A DNA stretch of 64,000 nucleotides from Gammaproteobacteria bacterium (GCA_028284465.1 JANQRR010000023.1:1894-65893), one strand, 5' to 3'; counted from the first letter of the stretch, positions 18,973-30,557 are shown. Numbers and translations: made by a program. The notes: generated by a model from the letters alone, not told the origin.

Positions 18973-21462
18973 ATGGCTACGTCACTAATTTCGCCGGGTG
19001 TAGAAGTTCGTGAGTTTAATCTTACGACTATCGTACCTAGTGTGTCTACTACAGAATGCGCTCTTGCTGGTGTATTCCGTTGGGGTCCAGTAGATCAACG
19101 CGTTTTGGTAGATTCAGAAGTTAACTTGGTTTCCCGCTTTGGAAAGCCAACTAATCTCAACTACGAAACATGGTTTACCGGATCTAGTTCACTCGCCTAT
19201 GGCAATAAGCTCTGGGCTGTTCGTGTAGGTAATACGGCTGGCGTATCGCCATCTGTCACTTGCGACGTAGATAATACGTCTACTACAGTTACGCTATCAT
19301 CTGGCAACACTGCCGAACTTGCTGTCGGCATGGTTTCAATTCGATCTACTTCTAATGGTTTGGCAAACGGTGCAACGATTAACTCTATCGTCAACTCGAC
19401 TGCCTTCACTGTTACGGCTGGTGCAGATACTCTAACAAACACAACCACTGAAGTTATTCAATTCCGCTCCAATACGCTATTCTCCGCTATTGGTAACTCT
19501 GGTTTGGTTGCTAACCTAGAATACTCAACAATCACTAACGCCAACAACTGGACGACCAAAGAAGGCACGATTGATACCGACATTCAATGGATCGCCAAGT
19601 ATCCTGGTGAAATGGGTAACTCGCTTCGCGTGTCTACTTGTGGTAACTCTGCTGGCTTTAGCTCAACAATCAACCTAGCATCGTTTGGTGTTCGTGCATC
19701 CTTGTATGCCAACACAAACTCTAACACTGCTAACATCTCGGTTGCTGCCTCTGGTGCAACTGGTAACGCAGATGCTTCTGCAAATGCCACTGCGCTTGCT
19801 GCTCTGTTGCAAGTCACTGATTTGGTTTTGGTTGGTAACTCGACGATTGGTGAGCAATACCTCAAGATTACAAATATTGATACGCAAGCCAACTTCGGTA
19901 CGGTTTCTAACACCTACGCAATTACAACTGTTGTAGGTAGTACAGCTGTTACATCCAACAACACGACTGGTCTTTCTGCTGGTATGCAAATTACTGCTGG
20001 TAACACTGCTCTGCTTGGTGCTCTGATTACGTCTATCACCAACTCGACTTCGTTTGTTATCGACAATGCTGCAACTGTAGCTGTTGCTACTGACGACCAT
20101 ACAATTTCGCCACGTACGTCTTTCCAAATTGATTTTGAAGATCGCTTTACGCTTTCTACAAACTACGCATTTGAATCGGGCAATACGACTACTCGCACGT
20201 TCAATCGTTATTGGGAATTCTACAACTTCATTGACATTGCACCTGGACAATCTACTTACCAACTTCAATTTGGTAACACGTCCGCCAATGACGAAATGCA
20301 CGTAGTTGTTGTTGACGACGGTGGTAAGTTTACTGGTGTTCCTGGTACGGTTCTGGAATCTTATGATTCACTTTCTTTCGCAACCGATGCACGAAATGTC
20401 GATGGATCTGTAAACTACTACAGAACTGTTATTAACGATCAATCTGAATATGTTTGGGCCGTCAATGATATTTCTGGTTTCACTTCTAATACCGCAGATA
20501 ACATTGCAAGCTCAACACTAGACGTTTCCAATATTCAATTTGCTCATGGTGCCGATGGTGCTGATGAAAGCAACATTGAAATTGGTGAATTGACTGGTGG
20601 TTACGATCTATTCCGATCTTCTGAAGATATTGCCGATGTTTCTCTGGTTCTGCAAGGCAAGGCACGAAGTTCTACACTTGCTAACTACATCATCGATAAT
20701 ATTTGTGAAGTTCGTAAAGATTGCATTGCTCTTATTTCGCCACAACGTGGTGACGTTGTTAACAATCCAAACAACGAACAAGACGCAATCATCACATTCC
20801 GCAACCTGCTTCGCTCAACGTCTTATGGCGTTCTCGATAGTGGCTACAAATACATGTATGACAGATACAATGACTTGTATCGATATGTACCACTAAACGG
20901 CGATACGGCTGGCTTGTGCGTCCGTACAGATCGCACGAACGATCCTTGGTGGTCGCCTGCCGGATTCAACCGAGGCCAAGTTAAGAACCTTGTTCGACTG
21001 GCATGGAACCCGCGCCAAGCGCAGCGAGATGAACTTTACAAGAATGGTATCAACCCGGTTGTAACGTTCCCAGGCCAAGGCACGGTACTCTTTGGTGACA
21101 AGACGTTGCTATCCAAACCATCTGCGTTTGATCGCATCAACGTGCGACGACTGTTCATTGTTCTGGAAAAAGCAATCAGCCGAGCATCGAAGTACACGCT
21201 CTTTGAATTCAACGACGAATTTACTCGTCTACAATTCAAGAACTTGGTTGTTCCATATCTACGAGATATTCAAGGACGACGTGGTATCACTGACTTCTTG
21301 GTTGTTTGTGATGAAACTAATAACACTCCTACGGTTATTGATCGTAACGAATTTATTGGTGACATCTACATTAAACCAGCACGTTCAATCAACTTTATCC
21401 AGCTTAACTTCGTCGCTGTTCCAACGGGCGTTGCATTCAGCGAAGTTGTTGGCAATTTCTAA
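18973..21462 (+). CDS. gp18: Tail sheath protein gp18 (with insertion domains)
   Basis: SPGVEVRE, PWWSPAGFNRG, FDRINVRRLF and IYIKPARSINFI. Confidence 0.97.
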   Translation: MATSLISPGVEVREFNLTTIVPSVSTTECALAGVFRWGPVDQRVLVDSEVNLVSRFGKPTNLNYETWFTGSSSLAYGNKLWAVRVGNTAGVSPSVTCDVDNTSTTVTLSSGNTAELAVGMVSIRSTSNGLANGATINSIVNSTAFTVTAGADTLTNTTTEVIQFRSNTLFSAIGNSGLVANLEYSTITNANNWTTKEGTIDTDIQWIAKYPGEMGNSLRVSTCGNSAGFSSTINLASFGVRASLYANTNSNTANISVAASGATGNADASANATALAALLQVTDLVLVGNSTIGEQYLKITNIDTQANFGTVSNTYAITTVVGSTAVTSNNTTGLSAGMQITAGNTALLGALITSITNSTSFVIDNAATVAVATDDHTISPRTSFQIDFEDRFTLSTNYAFESGNTTTRTFNRYWEFYNFIDIAPGQSTYQLQFGNTSANDEMHVVVVDDGGKFTGVPGTVLESYDSLSFATDARNVDGSVNYYRTVINDQSEYVWAVNDISGFTSNTADNIASSTLDVSNIQFAHGADGADESNIEIGELTGGYDLFRSSEDIADVSLVLQGKARSSTLANYIIDNICEVRKDCIALISPQRGDVVNNPNNEQDAIITFRNLLRSTSYGVLDSGYKYMYDRYNDLYRYVPLNGDTAGLCVRTDRTNDPWWSPAGFNRGQVKNLVRLAWNPRQAQRDELYKNGINPVVTFPGQGTVLFGDKTLLSKPSAFDRINVRRLFIVLEKAISRASKYTLFEFNDEFTRLQFKNLVVPYLRDIQGRRGITDFLVVCDETNNTPTVIDRNEFIGDIYIKPARSINFIQLNFVAVPTGVAFSEVVGNF

Positions 21463-21468
21463 TAAAAT

Positions 21469-21503
21469 GGGGGGAGAAATCCCCCCTGCTTGGAATATAA
21501 ATA
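21469..21503 (+). promoter_or_regulatory. GNRA hairpin followed by a consensus late promoter
   Basis: GGGGGGA-GAAA-TCCCCCC (21469-21486), then TATAAATA (21496-21503). Confidence 0.8.
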
Positions 21504-21533
21504 CTTAAAAACAAATAACTTGGGAGAGAAAAA

Positions 21534-22130
21534 TTGGCCCACAATATCGAAGAATTCAAAGCCTCTGGTTTGGTGCGTGGCGGTGCTCGTCCCTCACTAT
21601 TCCAAGTTGTGATTCCTGAATGGCCTGGATCAACGGTTGATTCTGAACAGTCGCTTCGTTTTCTTTGCCGATCAACTAGCATTCCGCCATCTCAGGTAGG
21701 TGCTATTGATGTTCCTTACTTTGGTCGTCAGATCAAAGTTGCTGGTGATCGCGTATACGCCGATTGGAACGTCACGATCATGCATGACGAAACATATAAT
21801 ATTCGTACACCGATTGAATCTTGGTCCACTAACATGAACCAACACATTCAAAACCTAATGGCTGGTGGCGTTGAACCATCTCCAAACACGTATAAGCGCG
21901 ATGCTGTTATCCGTCACTATTCCAAAGGCGGTGATGTCATTGCTACGTACACTATCAAAGGAATGTTCCCGATCAACATTTCTCAGATGGGTTTGGATTG
22001 GGATGCTGTTAACCAAGTCATGACTTTTGATGTTGATTTTGCTTTTGATTACTTCTTGCCGGGTGATGACATTGGCCTGGACGAATCAGTATTTGATCTA
22101 GAAATTTCTAGAAACATCGCTATTGGCTAA
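21534..22130 (+). CDS. gp19: Tail tube protein gp19
   Basis: GGARPSLF, FGRQIKVAGDR and LDWD; TTG start with GGGAG SD. Confidence 0.95.
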   Translation: MAHNIEEFKASGLVRGGARPSLFQVVIPEWPGSTVDSEQSLRFLCRSTSIPPSQVGAIDVPYFGRQIKVAGDRVYADWNVTIMHDETYNIRTPIESWSTNMNQHIQNLMAGGVEPSPNTYKRDAVIRHYSKGGDVIATYTIKGMFPINISQMGLDWDAVNQVMTFDVDFAFDYFLPGDDIGLDESVFDLEISRNIAIG

Positions 22131-22166
22131 TAGCTAAATATTATAATGTTATAACGGGAGAATTAA

Positions 22167-23879
22167 TTGGCCGAAAGCTATAAGTTGTTTGGTTGGGAAA
22201 TCAAACGAGCAGAAAAAGACAAGCGTGAAGAGCTTAACAAACCAAGTATGGTTGAGCCAACGCGCGATGACGGTGCTGTAAACGTTGAAGCAGGCGGTTT
22301 GCAAGGATCATTCGTTGATTTGGATGGTGCTATTCGAACTGAGGCAGAACTTGTAACTAAGTACCGTCAAATGCTCATGCAGCCGGAAGTTGAGAAAGCC
22401 GTTAACGAAGTCATCAACGAAGCCATTGTTGAAGAAGATGGTAAAGAAATTGTTAAGCTAGATCTTAACGAAGTTGAAGGGCTTGGTAGAGAATCAAAAA
22501 AGCAAATTGAAGAAGAATTTCAAGTTATTCTTGAACTACTGAACTTCAAAAAGAATGCTTATGACATCTTTAGACGTTGGTACATTGATGGACGCATGTA
22601 TTTCCATCCTGTTATCAATGAAGATAAGCCAGAAGAAGGTATTAAAGAATTACGATACATTGATCCACGAAAAATTCGTAAAATTCGTGAGATCGTAAAA
22701 CGTAAGCATAAGCAGACTGGTTTGCTAAGTATACTGACTAAGTCTGAATATTACATTTATAACGAAAAGGGCTTTCAGAATAAGACTGCACCAACTGGTG
22801 TAACTCAAAACTCTACTGAAGGCATTAAGATTGCCAAGGATGCAATCGTACACGCATCATCTGGTTTGATGGACGAGAATAACAAAGTAGTTCTCTCCTA
22901 TGTACACCAAGCCATCAAACCACTGAACCAATTGCGAGCATTGGAAGATGCTACATTGATTTATCACTTATCACGTGCACCAGAACGACGTGTTTTTTAT
23001 GTGGATGTGGGCAACCTGCCAAAGAACAAGGCAGAACAGCACATTAAAGATATGATGACACGATATAAGAATAAGATTTCTTATAATACGTCAACTGGTA
23101 AAGTTTCGGATAACCGTCACTTCATGCACATGAATGAAGACTTTTGGTTGCCACGTCGTGGTGGTGAACAGGGCACAGAGATTGATGTTCTATCTGGTGG
23201 TGCAGCACTGCCTGACTTGCTGCAATCAGTAGAATACTTCCAAGATAGGCTCTATCGTGCGTTACAGGTGCCTCTTACTCGAATGAAACCTGACGCCATT
23301 TATAATATCGGTAGGGCTACAGAAATTACGCGGGATGAAGTTAACTTTGCTAAATTCATTGATCGCGTTCGAAACAAGTTTATGGAACTAATTTTTAGTG
23401 CATTGCATAAACAGCTGATCCTAAAAAACATTATTACTCAGGAAGATTGGGATCAAACAATCTATAAAAACCTGAAGTACCGTTTCGCACAAGACAGCTA
23501 TTGGGATGAATTGAAGAATCTGGAAATCATGAATGATCGCATGTTGCGACTTCGTGATGCTGATGATTTTGCTGGTAAATATTACAGTCACGAATGGATT
23601 CAGAGAAATGTTCTACATCAAAACTCTGATGAAATTAAAGACGAACGAAAGCGAATGGAAAGTGAAATGGATGATCAGCATTGGGCACCAGCTGAACCAA
23701 TGATGCCAGATGAAGAAGATCCGAATATGCAAGCGCCGGGAGGGCCACCGCCACAAGCAGCAGGGCCACCGCCAACACAGTTACAACCACAACAACCAAA
23801 ACCTAAAACATCGGGAGACAAACCTAATGTCCAAAACAAGAAAACTGATCGAGGCAGCAGTACAAAAAAAGCCTCTTGA
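22167..23879 (+). CDS. gp20: Portal protein gp20
   Basis: FRRWYIDGR, RAPERRVFYVDVGNLPK and EDFWLPRR. Confidence 0.97.
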   Translation: MAESYKLFGWEIKRAEKDKREELNKPSMVEPTRDDGAVNVEAGGLQGSFVDLDGAIRTEAELVTKYRQMLMQPEVEKAVNEVINEAIVEEDGKEIVKLDLNEVEGLGRESKKQIEEEFQVILELLNFKKNAYDIFRRWYIDGRMYFHPVINEDKPEEGIKELRYIDPRKIRKIREIVKRKHKQTGLLSILTKSEYYIYNEKGFQNKTAPTGVTQNSTEGIKIAKDAIVHASSGLMDENNKVVLSYVHQAIKPLNQLRALEDATLIYHLSRAPERRVFYVDVGNLPKNKAEQHIKDMMTRYKNKISYNTSTGKVSDNRHFMHMNEDFWLPRRGGEQGTEIDVLSGGAALPDLLQSVEYFQDRLYRALQVPLTRMKPDAIYNIGRATEITRDEVNFAKFIDRVRNKFMELIFSALHKQLILKNIITQEDWDQTIYKNLKYRFAQDSYWDELKNLEIMNDRMLRLRDADDFAGKYYSHEWIQRNVLHQNSDEIKDERKRMESEMDDQHWAPAEPMMPDEEDPNMQAPGGPPPQAAGPPPTQLQPQQPKPKTSGDKPNVQNKKTDRGSSTKKAS

Positions 23880-24384
23880 CGTTAAAGAAGTCGTTGAAGA
23901 GTTGATGCAGGAAAAAGTTCGTGGCGTACTTGCTGGCGAAGTTGATTCCTTTGATCCACTTGAAGAAGAACTAACAGAAGAGCAAGAAATGGAAGAATTC
24001 TTCGCTGCTTTCCATGAAGAGTACGGCCATCTCCCAGAAGATGAGCAAGAAAAAATCATGGAAGAATTGATGGCAGAAATTGAAGATGAAGAAGCTCTTT
24101 CTGAAGATGAAGAAAAGTTCATGGAAATGTTCGAAGAAGCTTTTGGCGAATTGCCAATTGAAGAGCAAGAGCAACTGATGGACGAAATTCTTCATGAACT
24201 CGACGAAGAAATGCAAGAGCTTGAAGAAGGTGAGTATGAAGCAGACCAAAACGTTTCTGCATTCATTTCTAAAGCATCTGCAAAGATTCAAACCAAAGCT
24301 GCTTCTGGCACTAAAGGCAAAGGCGATCCTATGAAAACTGCGCCTAAGAAGCAACCAAGCAACAAACTTCCGGATGTCAAGTAA
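23827..24384 (+). CDS. Acidic prohead core protein (gp67-like)
   Basis: Directly after the portal gene and extremely Glu-rich; GGGAG SD before MSKTRK. Confidence 0.65.
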   Translation: MSKTRKLIEAAVQKKPLDVKEVVEELMQEKVRGVLAGEVDSFDPLEEELTEEQEMEEFFAAFHEEYGHLPEDEQEKIMEELMAEIEDEEALSEDEEKFMEMFEEAFGELPIEEQEQLMDEILHELDEEMQELEEGEYEADQNVSAFISKASAKIQTKAASGTKGKGDPMKTAPKKQPSNKLPDVK

Positions 24385-25082
24385 TGGCAAAGTATTTAAA
24401 AGATATTCTTGGCGATAACATCTACGAGGAATTGCGTGAAAACTACACGCCGTTTCCGGAAGATGAACGTCGCTTTTATGAGAAACATGGATTGGAGCTA
24501 GGAAAAGAAGGCGAACCGCCAATTAAGTTTCCACGCTTTGATAACATGTATTCTGATGGTGGCAAATATAATGCTGACAAGCTTTTTAAAGGCGCTACCA
24601 AAACTTATGATCGTCCTAAGAATCGTCATGGTTATGCCCCTGGTAAAGATCAGGAACACTATGAAGAATATGTTGAAGAAGCAAGCCGAACAGAACGTTG
24701 GATGGAAAAGTTTGCAGCAGCATTACCAAATCAAAAGAACATCAATTGGGATCATGCTGTTTATCATATGAATAAGGGAACTTTACCAAACGAAGCTGCC
24801 AAAACTCATGAACCATTGAAACCAAAACCATTTGGTTCTGGAATGAAAATAAAAGAAGGTTATTTTGGTGATAAAGCAAAATCTGAAGTAGGCAGACGTA
24901 AAATTAACCGCACGCTGAAAAAGAAAGTTCCAAAATATATGGCAAAGAAATCAGTTATTCCAACTACTACACCAACAGATGGATATAACAAAGATTCCGT
25001 TGATAAGCAAATGAATCGTGATGGTGTTAAAGGAAAAGCACGCAAGCTAACTCATGCGCTTCTTAAAGGACGCGGGAGGTAA
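24384..25082 (+). CDS. Hypothetical head-region protein
   Basis: TAATG-coupled ORF in the prohead cluster. Confidence 0.6.
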   Translation: MAKYLKDILGDNIYEELRENYTPFPEDERRFYEKHGLELGKEGEPPIKFPRFDNMYSDGGKYNADKLFKGATKTYDRPKNRHGYAPGKDQEHYEEYVEEASRTERWMEKFAAALPNQKNINWDHAVYHMNKGTLPNEAAKTHEPLKPKPFGSGMKIKEGYFGDKAKSEVGRRKINRTLKKKVPKYMAKKSVIPTTTPTDGYNKDSVDKQMNRDGVKGKARKLTHALLKGRGR

Positions 25083-25084
25083 TA

Positions 25085-25477
25085 ATGGCATATCGTATTC
25101 TTAAAAATACATCACAAAAAACATTGATGCTTTTTACTGCCGATAACACTGCTATCGTTGTTGTTGGTAATAACTCAGTATCAGAAATTGGTTTGGCTAG
25201 CGTTACTGCCAACATTGAGGGCGTTTCTATCAATCAAGTTTGGTCTTCTGCTGATTCTGGTGCTGGTGCCAATGGATGGGATATTACCCGTGGTTCCAAC
25301 ACTGTGTGGCAGACAGATAGCACATCCTGGCTAGATTTCTCTGGTTTGGGAGCTGCTTTAGATGTTGATAGCGCTGCTACACTAGGCTGTGAACGACAAG
25401 GCTCGCGAGGCACACTATTGCTTGAATTGCAAAAGCAATATGCTGGTGGCCATCGTCCAAGTGATAGTACTTACTAA
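25085..25477 (+). CDS. Hypothetical virion protein
   Basis: GGAGG SD; beta-rich composition; precedes gp21. Confidence 0.6.
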   Translation: MAYRILKNTSQKTLMLFTADNTAIVVVGNNSVSEIGLASVTANIEGVSINQVWSSADSGAGANGWDITRGSNTVWQTDSTSWLDFSGLGAALDVDSAATLGCERQGSRGTLLLELQKQYAGGHRPSDSTY

Positions 25478-25604
25478 TGAAGAAGATTAGTAATAAACTG
25501 AGGGTGCATTTACTCAAAAAAGCAAGAAAAGGTAATGCACCCAAAGATAAATCGCGATAAATACTAAATACAGATAACAGAGAAGTGTTTATAAAGGCAC
25601 CGAA

Positions 25605-26249
25605 ATGAAACTAATTTCAGAGATGTCACAGGACATTGAAGTCCTGTCAGAAGCAACAGAAGACGGTAAAAGTACAAAGTATATCCATGGTGTTTTTATG
25701 GAATACAATACTAAAAACCGCAATGGGCGCATGTACAAAGAAGATGTTATGCGTTCTGCCGTTAATAAATACTTAACGGAAAAAGTTTCTCGCAATTGTG
25801 CGTACGGCGAACTTAACCATCCATCTGGCCCTCAAATTGATTTGGAGCGTGCCTGCATTCTGATTAACAGTCTAGATATGCAACCGAATGGTAAGGTTAT
25901 TGGTAAAGCCCGCATAACAGAGACGCCTACCGGACACATCGTTCGTGGGCTGTTAGAATCAGGAGCCAACCTTGGTGTTTCATCCCGTGGTTTGGGTTCT
26001 CTTAAAGAAGTCGATGGAATCAACGAAGTTCAAAATGACTTCAGACTAGTTACTGCTGCCGATGTTGTTGCCGATCCATCTGCACATAATGCTTATGTTC
26101 AAGGCGTTATGGAGAATGTTGATTGGCTTTATAACGAAACAACCGGCGAGTATGTAGAAACAGTTAAGCAAGAGCTTAAGAAAAAATCTGTTCAAGAAAT
26201 TGAAGAGGCCAAACTGTTTCTATTCAGCAAGTTTCTAAAAACACTTTAA
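25605..26249 (+). CDS. gp21: Prohead protease gp21
   Basis: NRNGRMY, GELNHP, GVSSRGLGS and DVVADPSA. Confidence 0.96.
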   Translation: MKLISEMSQDIEVLSEATEDGKSTKYIHGVFMEYNTKNRNGRMYKEDVMRSAVNKYLTEKVSRNCAYGELNHPSGPQIDLERACILINSLDMQPNGKVIGKARITETPTGHIVRGLLESGANLGVSSRGLGSLKEVDGINEVQNDFRLVTAADVVADPSAHNAYVQGVMENVDWLYNETTGEYVETVKQELKKKSVQEIEEAKLFLFSKFLKTL

Positions 26250-26259
26250 AGGTTTAACA

Positions 26260-27438
26260 ATGTCTACAACAAAAAACGACAATAAGGAGAATCCGAACAT
26301 GGATGAACTGAAGACAGGTGATGTTGTCGTCTATGAGGAAAAAAAGCGCCTTGTAGTCGATATCAACGAGAACATTGTTACTCTCCAAGATCAAGAAAGC
26401 AATGAGCAAATTGAAATTGATCTTGAGGAAATGACAAAGGCAGCTGCCACCGTTAACATCACAAACCCTCATGGCAATCTAAGCCAGATGACTAATAGCA
26501 TTATCAGTCATATCTCTGGTCTTTCTAGCTCTGATCAAACCGCATTCTTTTCTAAAGTACAATCTCTGTATGGCAAAGGAAAAGATCACGGCACTGGTGA
26601 TCAAGCTGGCAAAAATAAAAAGTCTGTTGAAACGCATGGTGGCAAGGATAAGCAAACTCCTGGCCAAATGGCACACACCGTTAAATCATTCCAAAAAGAA
26701 GATCTCGACGCCATCCTTGGTGACGAAGAAGGACTCACCGAAGAATTCAAAAATAAAATTGCTGCTCTGTTCGAAGCTGCTGTTGCGCTACGCGTAAATG
26801 CGGTTGAAGCAGAATTGCAAGAAAAACACGAAGCTGAAGTTGCTCGCCTTGAAGAAGAAAAAGAAGAGCAATTTGAAGAGCTTACCGTGACTCTTGAAGA
26901 TGCAATTGATATGTACCTTTCACAAGCTGCTAACGAATGGCTTGCTGAAAACGAAGTTGCTGTTGAATCGACACTTCGCAATTCTTTGGCTGAATCACTT
27001 ATGCATGATCTTCACGAAGTACTTGCTAAGCATCACTTGGATATTCCGGAAGCCGATGTACCAGCTATAGAAGTTATGGCTGAAAAAATCGAAAGATTGG
27101 AAGAGCAGCTTAATACTGAAATTAATGAAAAACTGGAACTTCTCGATGCAGTTATGGAAAGTGCTGCTGCTGAAATTCTTGCCGAAGTTTCAGAAGGTTT
27201 GGCTACTACACAAGCTGAAAAATTCGTAACTCTTGTCGAAGGCATTGAGTTTGACGGCGATGCTGATGCTTATAAAGCAAAGCTAGAAGTAGTTAAAGAA
27301 AAGCACTTTGCAAAAGGCGCTGTTCCGGCTTCTACCATTAATGAAGAAGTTGAACTTGAAGAAGGCGAAAAAGAAACGATTTTCCATCATCCGCCGATGA
27401 AAGGTTACGTTGACGCCCTCTCAAGAACCGCAAAATAA
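26260..27438 (+). CDS. gp22: Prohead core scaffold gp22
   Basis: LTEEFKNKIAALFEAAV and EWLAENEVAVE; acidic coiled coil. Confidence 0.92.
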   Translation: MSTTKNDNKENPNMDELKTGDVVVYEEKKRLVVDINENIVTLQDQESNEQIEIDLEEMTKAAATVNITNPHGNLSQMTNSIISHISGLSSSDQTAFFSKVQSLYGKGKDHGTGDQAGKNKKSVETHGGKDKQTPGQMAHTVKSFQKEDLDAILGDEEGLTEEFKNKIAALFEAAVALRVNAVEAELQEKHEAEVARLEEEKEEQFEELTVTLEDAIDMYLSQAANEWLAENEVAVESTLRNSLAESLMHDLHEVLAKHHLDIPEADVPAIEVMAEKIERLEEQLNTEINEKLELLDAVMESAAAEILAEVSEGLATTQAEKFVTLVEGIEFDGDADAYKAKLEVVKEKHFAKGAVPASTINEEVELEEGEKETIFHHPPMKGYVDALSRTAK

Positions 27439-27488
27439 TAAATAATGATATAAAAACACCATAAGCACATAACGGGAGAAAATAACCA

Positions 27489-28844
27489 ATGCTTAACGAA
27501 GAAACTATTCAGAAGTGGAAGCCAGTCCTTGAGCATCCGGATTTGGAAGGCATCAAAGATGTTCACCGTCGAAACGTGACAGCGGCTATCCTCGAAAATA
27601 CCGAGAAAGCACTAGCAGAAGCTAGTTCTCACATTCCACAAAATTTGCTGGCGGAATCTCCAATTCCACCGAACGCCATGCGAGCCTCTAGCTCTACTCC
27701 TGGTGACGGCAGCATCGACATCTTCGATCCGGTTCTGATTTCGCTCGTTCGTCGTGCGATGCCTAACCTGATCGCATATGACATTTGTGGTGTTCAGCCT
27801 ATGTCTGGTCCTACTGGCCTGATCTTCGCAATGCGTTCACGCTACACCAACCAGACTCATACTGAAACGTTCTACAACGAAGTTAATACTTCTTTCTCAT
27901 CTGTTGTTGGTAACGCTAACACGCTTGGTGACAAGCACGTTGGTACGCTACCGGGCAACACAACTCAAACCTCTAACCTAGCCGAAACTGGCCTGTATAA
28001 CTTCGGTGATGCAATGGCTACGGCACAGCTGGAAGCCTTGGGTACGGATTCTAACGCTGCTTTCCCAGATATGGCATTCAGCATTGAGCAAGTCTCTGTT
28101 ACTGCTAAAGGCCGCGCTCTGAAAGCATCGTACACCATGGAACTTGCACAAGACTTGAAAGCAGTTCATGGCTTGGATGCCGAAACCGAACTGGCAAACA
28201 TTCTGTCTGCTGAAATTCTTGCTGAAATTAACCGTGAAGTTATTCGTACGATCTACGTAACTGCTCAACAAGGCGCTACGGATTCTACGACTACGACTGC
28301 TGGTATCTTTGACTTAAACACTGATTCCAATGGTCGTTGGATGGTTGAAAAGTTCAAGGGTCTTCTGTACCACATTGAACGTGAAGCGAACAAGATTGCG
28401 AAAGATACTCGTCGGGGCAAGGGCAACGTCCTAATCTGTTCTTCTGACGTTGCATCCGCTCTCCAAATGGCTGGCATTCTCGACTACGCACCAGCTATGA
28501 ATACTTCTGGCCTAAATGTTGACGACACTGGTAATACCTTTGCTGGTACTATCCAGGGCCGCATGAAAGTATACATCGATCCATATGCGACTGGTGGTGA
28601 CTTTATGGTCGTTGGCTATAAGGGATCTAACGCATACGACGCTGGCTTGTTCTATTGTCCGTATGTTCCGCTCCAGATGGTACGTGCAGTCGGACAAGAC
28701 GACTTCCACCCACGGATCGGCTTTAAGACTCGATATGGTATGGTTGCAAACCCATTTGCTGAAGGTGCTACTGCCGGTGCAGGTGCGTTCACAAAGGACA
28801 GCAACGTTTACTACCGTCGTGTTCTTGTTACTAACCTGATGTAA
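27489..28844 (+). CDS. gp23: Major capsid protein gp23
   Basis: LVRRAMPNLIAYDICGVQPMSGPTGLIFA, ELAQDLKAVHGLDAE and GFKTRYG. Confidence 0.98.
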   Translation: MLNEETIQKWKPVLEHPDLEGIKDVHRRNVTAAILENTEKALAEASSHIPQNLLAESPIPPNAMRASSSTPGDGSIDIFDPVLISLVRRAMPNLIAYDICGVQPMSGPTGLIFAMRSRYTNQTHTETFYNEVNTSFSSVVGNANTLGDKHVGTLPGNTTQTSNLAETGLYNFGDAMATAQLEALGTDSNAAFPDMAFSIEQVSVTAKGRALKASYTMELAQDLKAVHGLDAETELANILSAEILAEINREVIRTIYVTAQQGATDSTTTTAGIFDLNTDSNGRWMVEKFKGLLYHIEREANKIAKDTRRGKGNVLICSSDVASALQMAGILDYAPAMNTSGLNVDDTGNTFAGTIQGRMKVYIDPYATGGDFMVVGYKGSNAYDAGLFYCPYVPLQMVRAVGQDDFHPRIGFKTRYGMVANPFAEGATAGAGAFTKDSNVYYRRVLVTNLM

Positions 28845-28879
28845 GCTCAGGCAATAACAATACTGCTTACAATGAACTT

Positions 28880-28902
28880 GGGAGCCTTCGGGCTCCCTTT
28901 TT
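28880..28902 (+). terminator. Rho-independent terminator with cUUCGg loop
   Basis: GGGAGCC-TTCG-GGCTCCC-TTTTT after gp23. Confidence 0.9.
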
Positions 28903-30420
28903 CTATGCAAACTCTTGTTTCAAAAACAATACAATGCTTTCGTCTTGATTAACTTGAATGTGTTTATCTATTATATCCCACATCCAGCTAGAATCTCTAT
29001 AATTATAAGCAGCATAAGCTTTATTATAAGGCTTGCCACGAATTGCAGCTTCAATTTTATAGATCATTCGAATTCTCTTCTCAACGCATTATTGATTCTT
29101 GCATATGGTACAATACTGGTTTCTATCATCGGCCAAAAAACACGATCTTCAAGATCCCAACGAAGATCCATTTTAGCACATATTCTCATTTCCGCATCGC
29201 TATATTCATACAACAAATCTTTAATTGTTTCTCTTATCTTAGGAAAATTTATCATTCTCCAAACTCTTTTTCCAACACGTCGTGAATTCTTATGTTAAAT
29301 CTGGCCGAAAGAGCATTAGCATGTAAAATACCATCCTCCACATCCCATCTTTCGTATACACTGATATTTTCTTCTTCGCGCAGCTTTGATTCAACAAGTT
29401 CAAACAACTCACCATATAATCTCATTTTCACAAAATTATAAATCATGACCAAACTCTTTTATCAAAGTATCACGAATTGGATGGTTGCTGTTTAGTTCTT
29501 TTACCCAAGATACAAAAATTTCATGACACCTATCACGAAATTCCCAAGGAATATCTTCATGAGTTGTAGCATCAGGCTTTCGTAATAAAGTTATTACTAT
29601 CGCTCGTTTAACGTTATTCATTTCTATAATCCCACAACAATTGAGATCGTATAACGTGTTCTATTTCTTCGTCTATTCTAGGCTCGATGTGATCCCAAAG
29701 CCAAAGAGTTTCATTTTGAGATGAAACTGCTACATTTAAACGATTAGATGCAGTATAAGAGTTCCGCATAGCAGCAGATTCAATCAGTTTACTGCACATA
29801 TCTGAATTTTTCATTCCGCATCGCATCCCGAACAGCATCAAGAATTTGTTCATCAGCATTGACATCAAATTTGTCATACAAAACATAACAAAATTCTTTA
29901 TCAACATCAGTGTTGCTATGAAAGGGCGAAATTTCATCGAGTCTTCTCATTACAATTTTAGTAAGTGTATCATCCTTCATACAAAAATTCACTTTCTAAA
30001 GCTAACGGAATCTGTAGCCACTGGCTTTCATTCCGAGTAAATTTTGTTAGTAAATCTTCAGAAGTACCAACACCATACTCATTCCACATTTCGCTGTTGA
30101 TGTCTAAGGTTGATGATATGTGATCACTAACGTCTGTCTCGTTGTACAAAGGCATATTTCAATCCTTCTTCAATTGTGTAGTAGCCTATCCCAAATGGTG
30201 GCCTTTCATCAGCAAACAGAGTATCATTCATGTGAGAAACAAATCGTCTAGGAGCCGCTTTATCTGAACGATAAGAAGGATCGTACAAAAGCGTGTCAAG
30301 AATTGCGCTAGTCAAGGATTTCTTCACTGAATTCGTGCTCCAATACTGTGTTGATTTGACGGAACGTTTCAGCATTAGGTATAAGTTCGCGGAGCATTTT
30401 TCCAACAAACTCATATCCAC
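28903..30420 (-). CDS. Array B: about eight coupled micro-ORFs of the LxxEF family
   Basis: C-termini IPLALESEF, VRDAMRNEKF, IRSQLLWDY, IRDTLIKEF, IHDVLEKEF, INNALRREF and IVLFLKQEF (last one is 28903..29067, translated manually). Confidence 0.75.
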
Positions 30421-30557
30421 ACGATTGATTGAACGGACGGCAGCTGTCCAACAAATCTTCTATTTCCATCATTGAATGCATCACATTACCTCAAATTCAT
30501 CAGACACATAAATACATCTGTAGCACGATCAACACAAAGATGTCAAGGGAGAGGCAC

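Noticed and set aside
25502-25541. GGGTGCATT-AC...GTAATGCACCC hairpin before gp21
   Set aside because: It has a large loop and no U tract, so no function can be supported.
17260-28844. Introns or inteins in terminase, sheath, portal or capsid genes
   Set aside because: The reading frames are continuous and no intein splice motifs are visible; the extra length in gp18 looks like beta-rich insertion domains.
28915-29298. Plus-strand 127-aa ORF after gp23
   Set aside because: It lies beyond the terminator and antisense to motif-bearing micro-ORFs.
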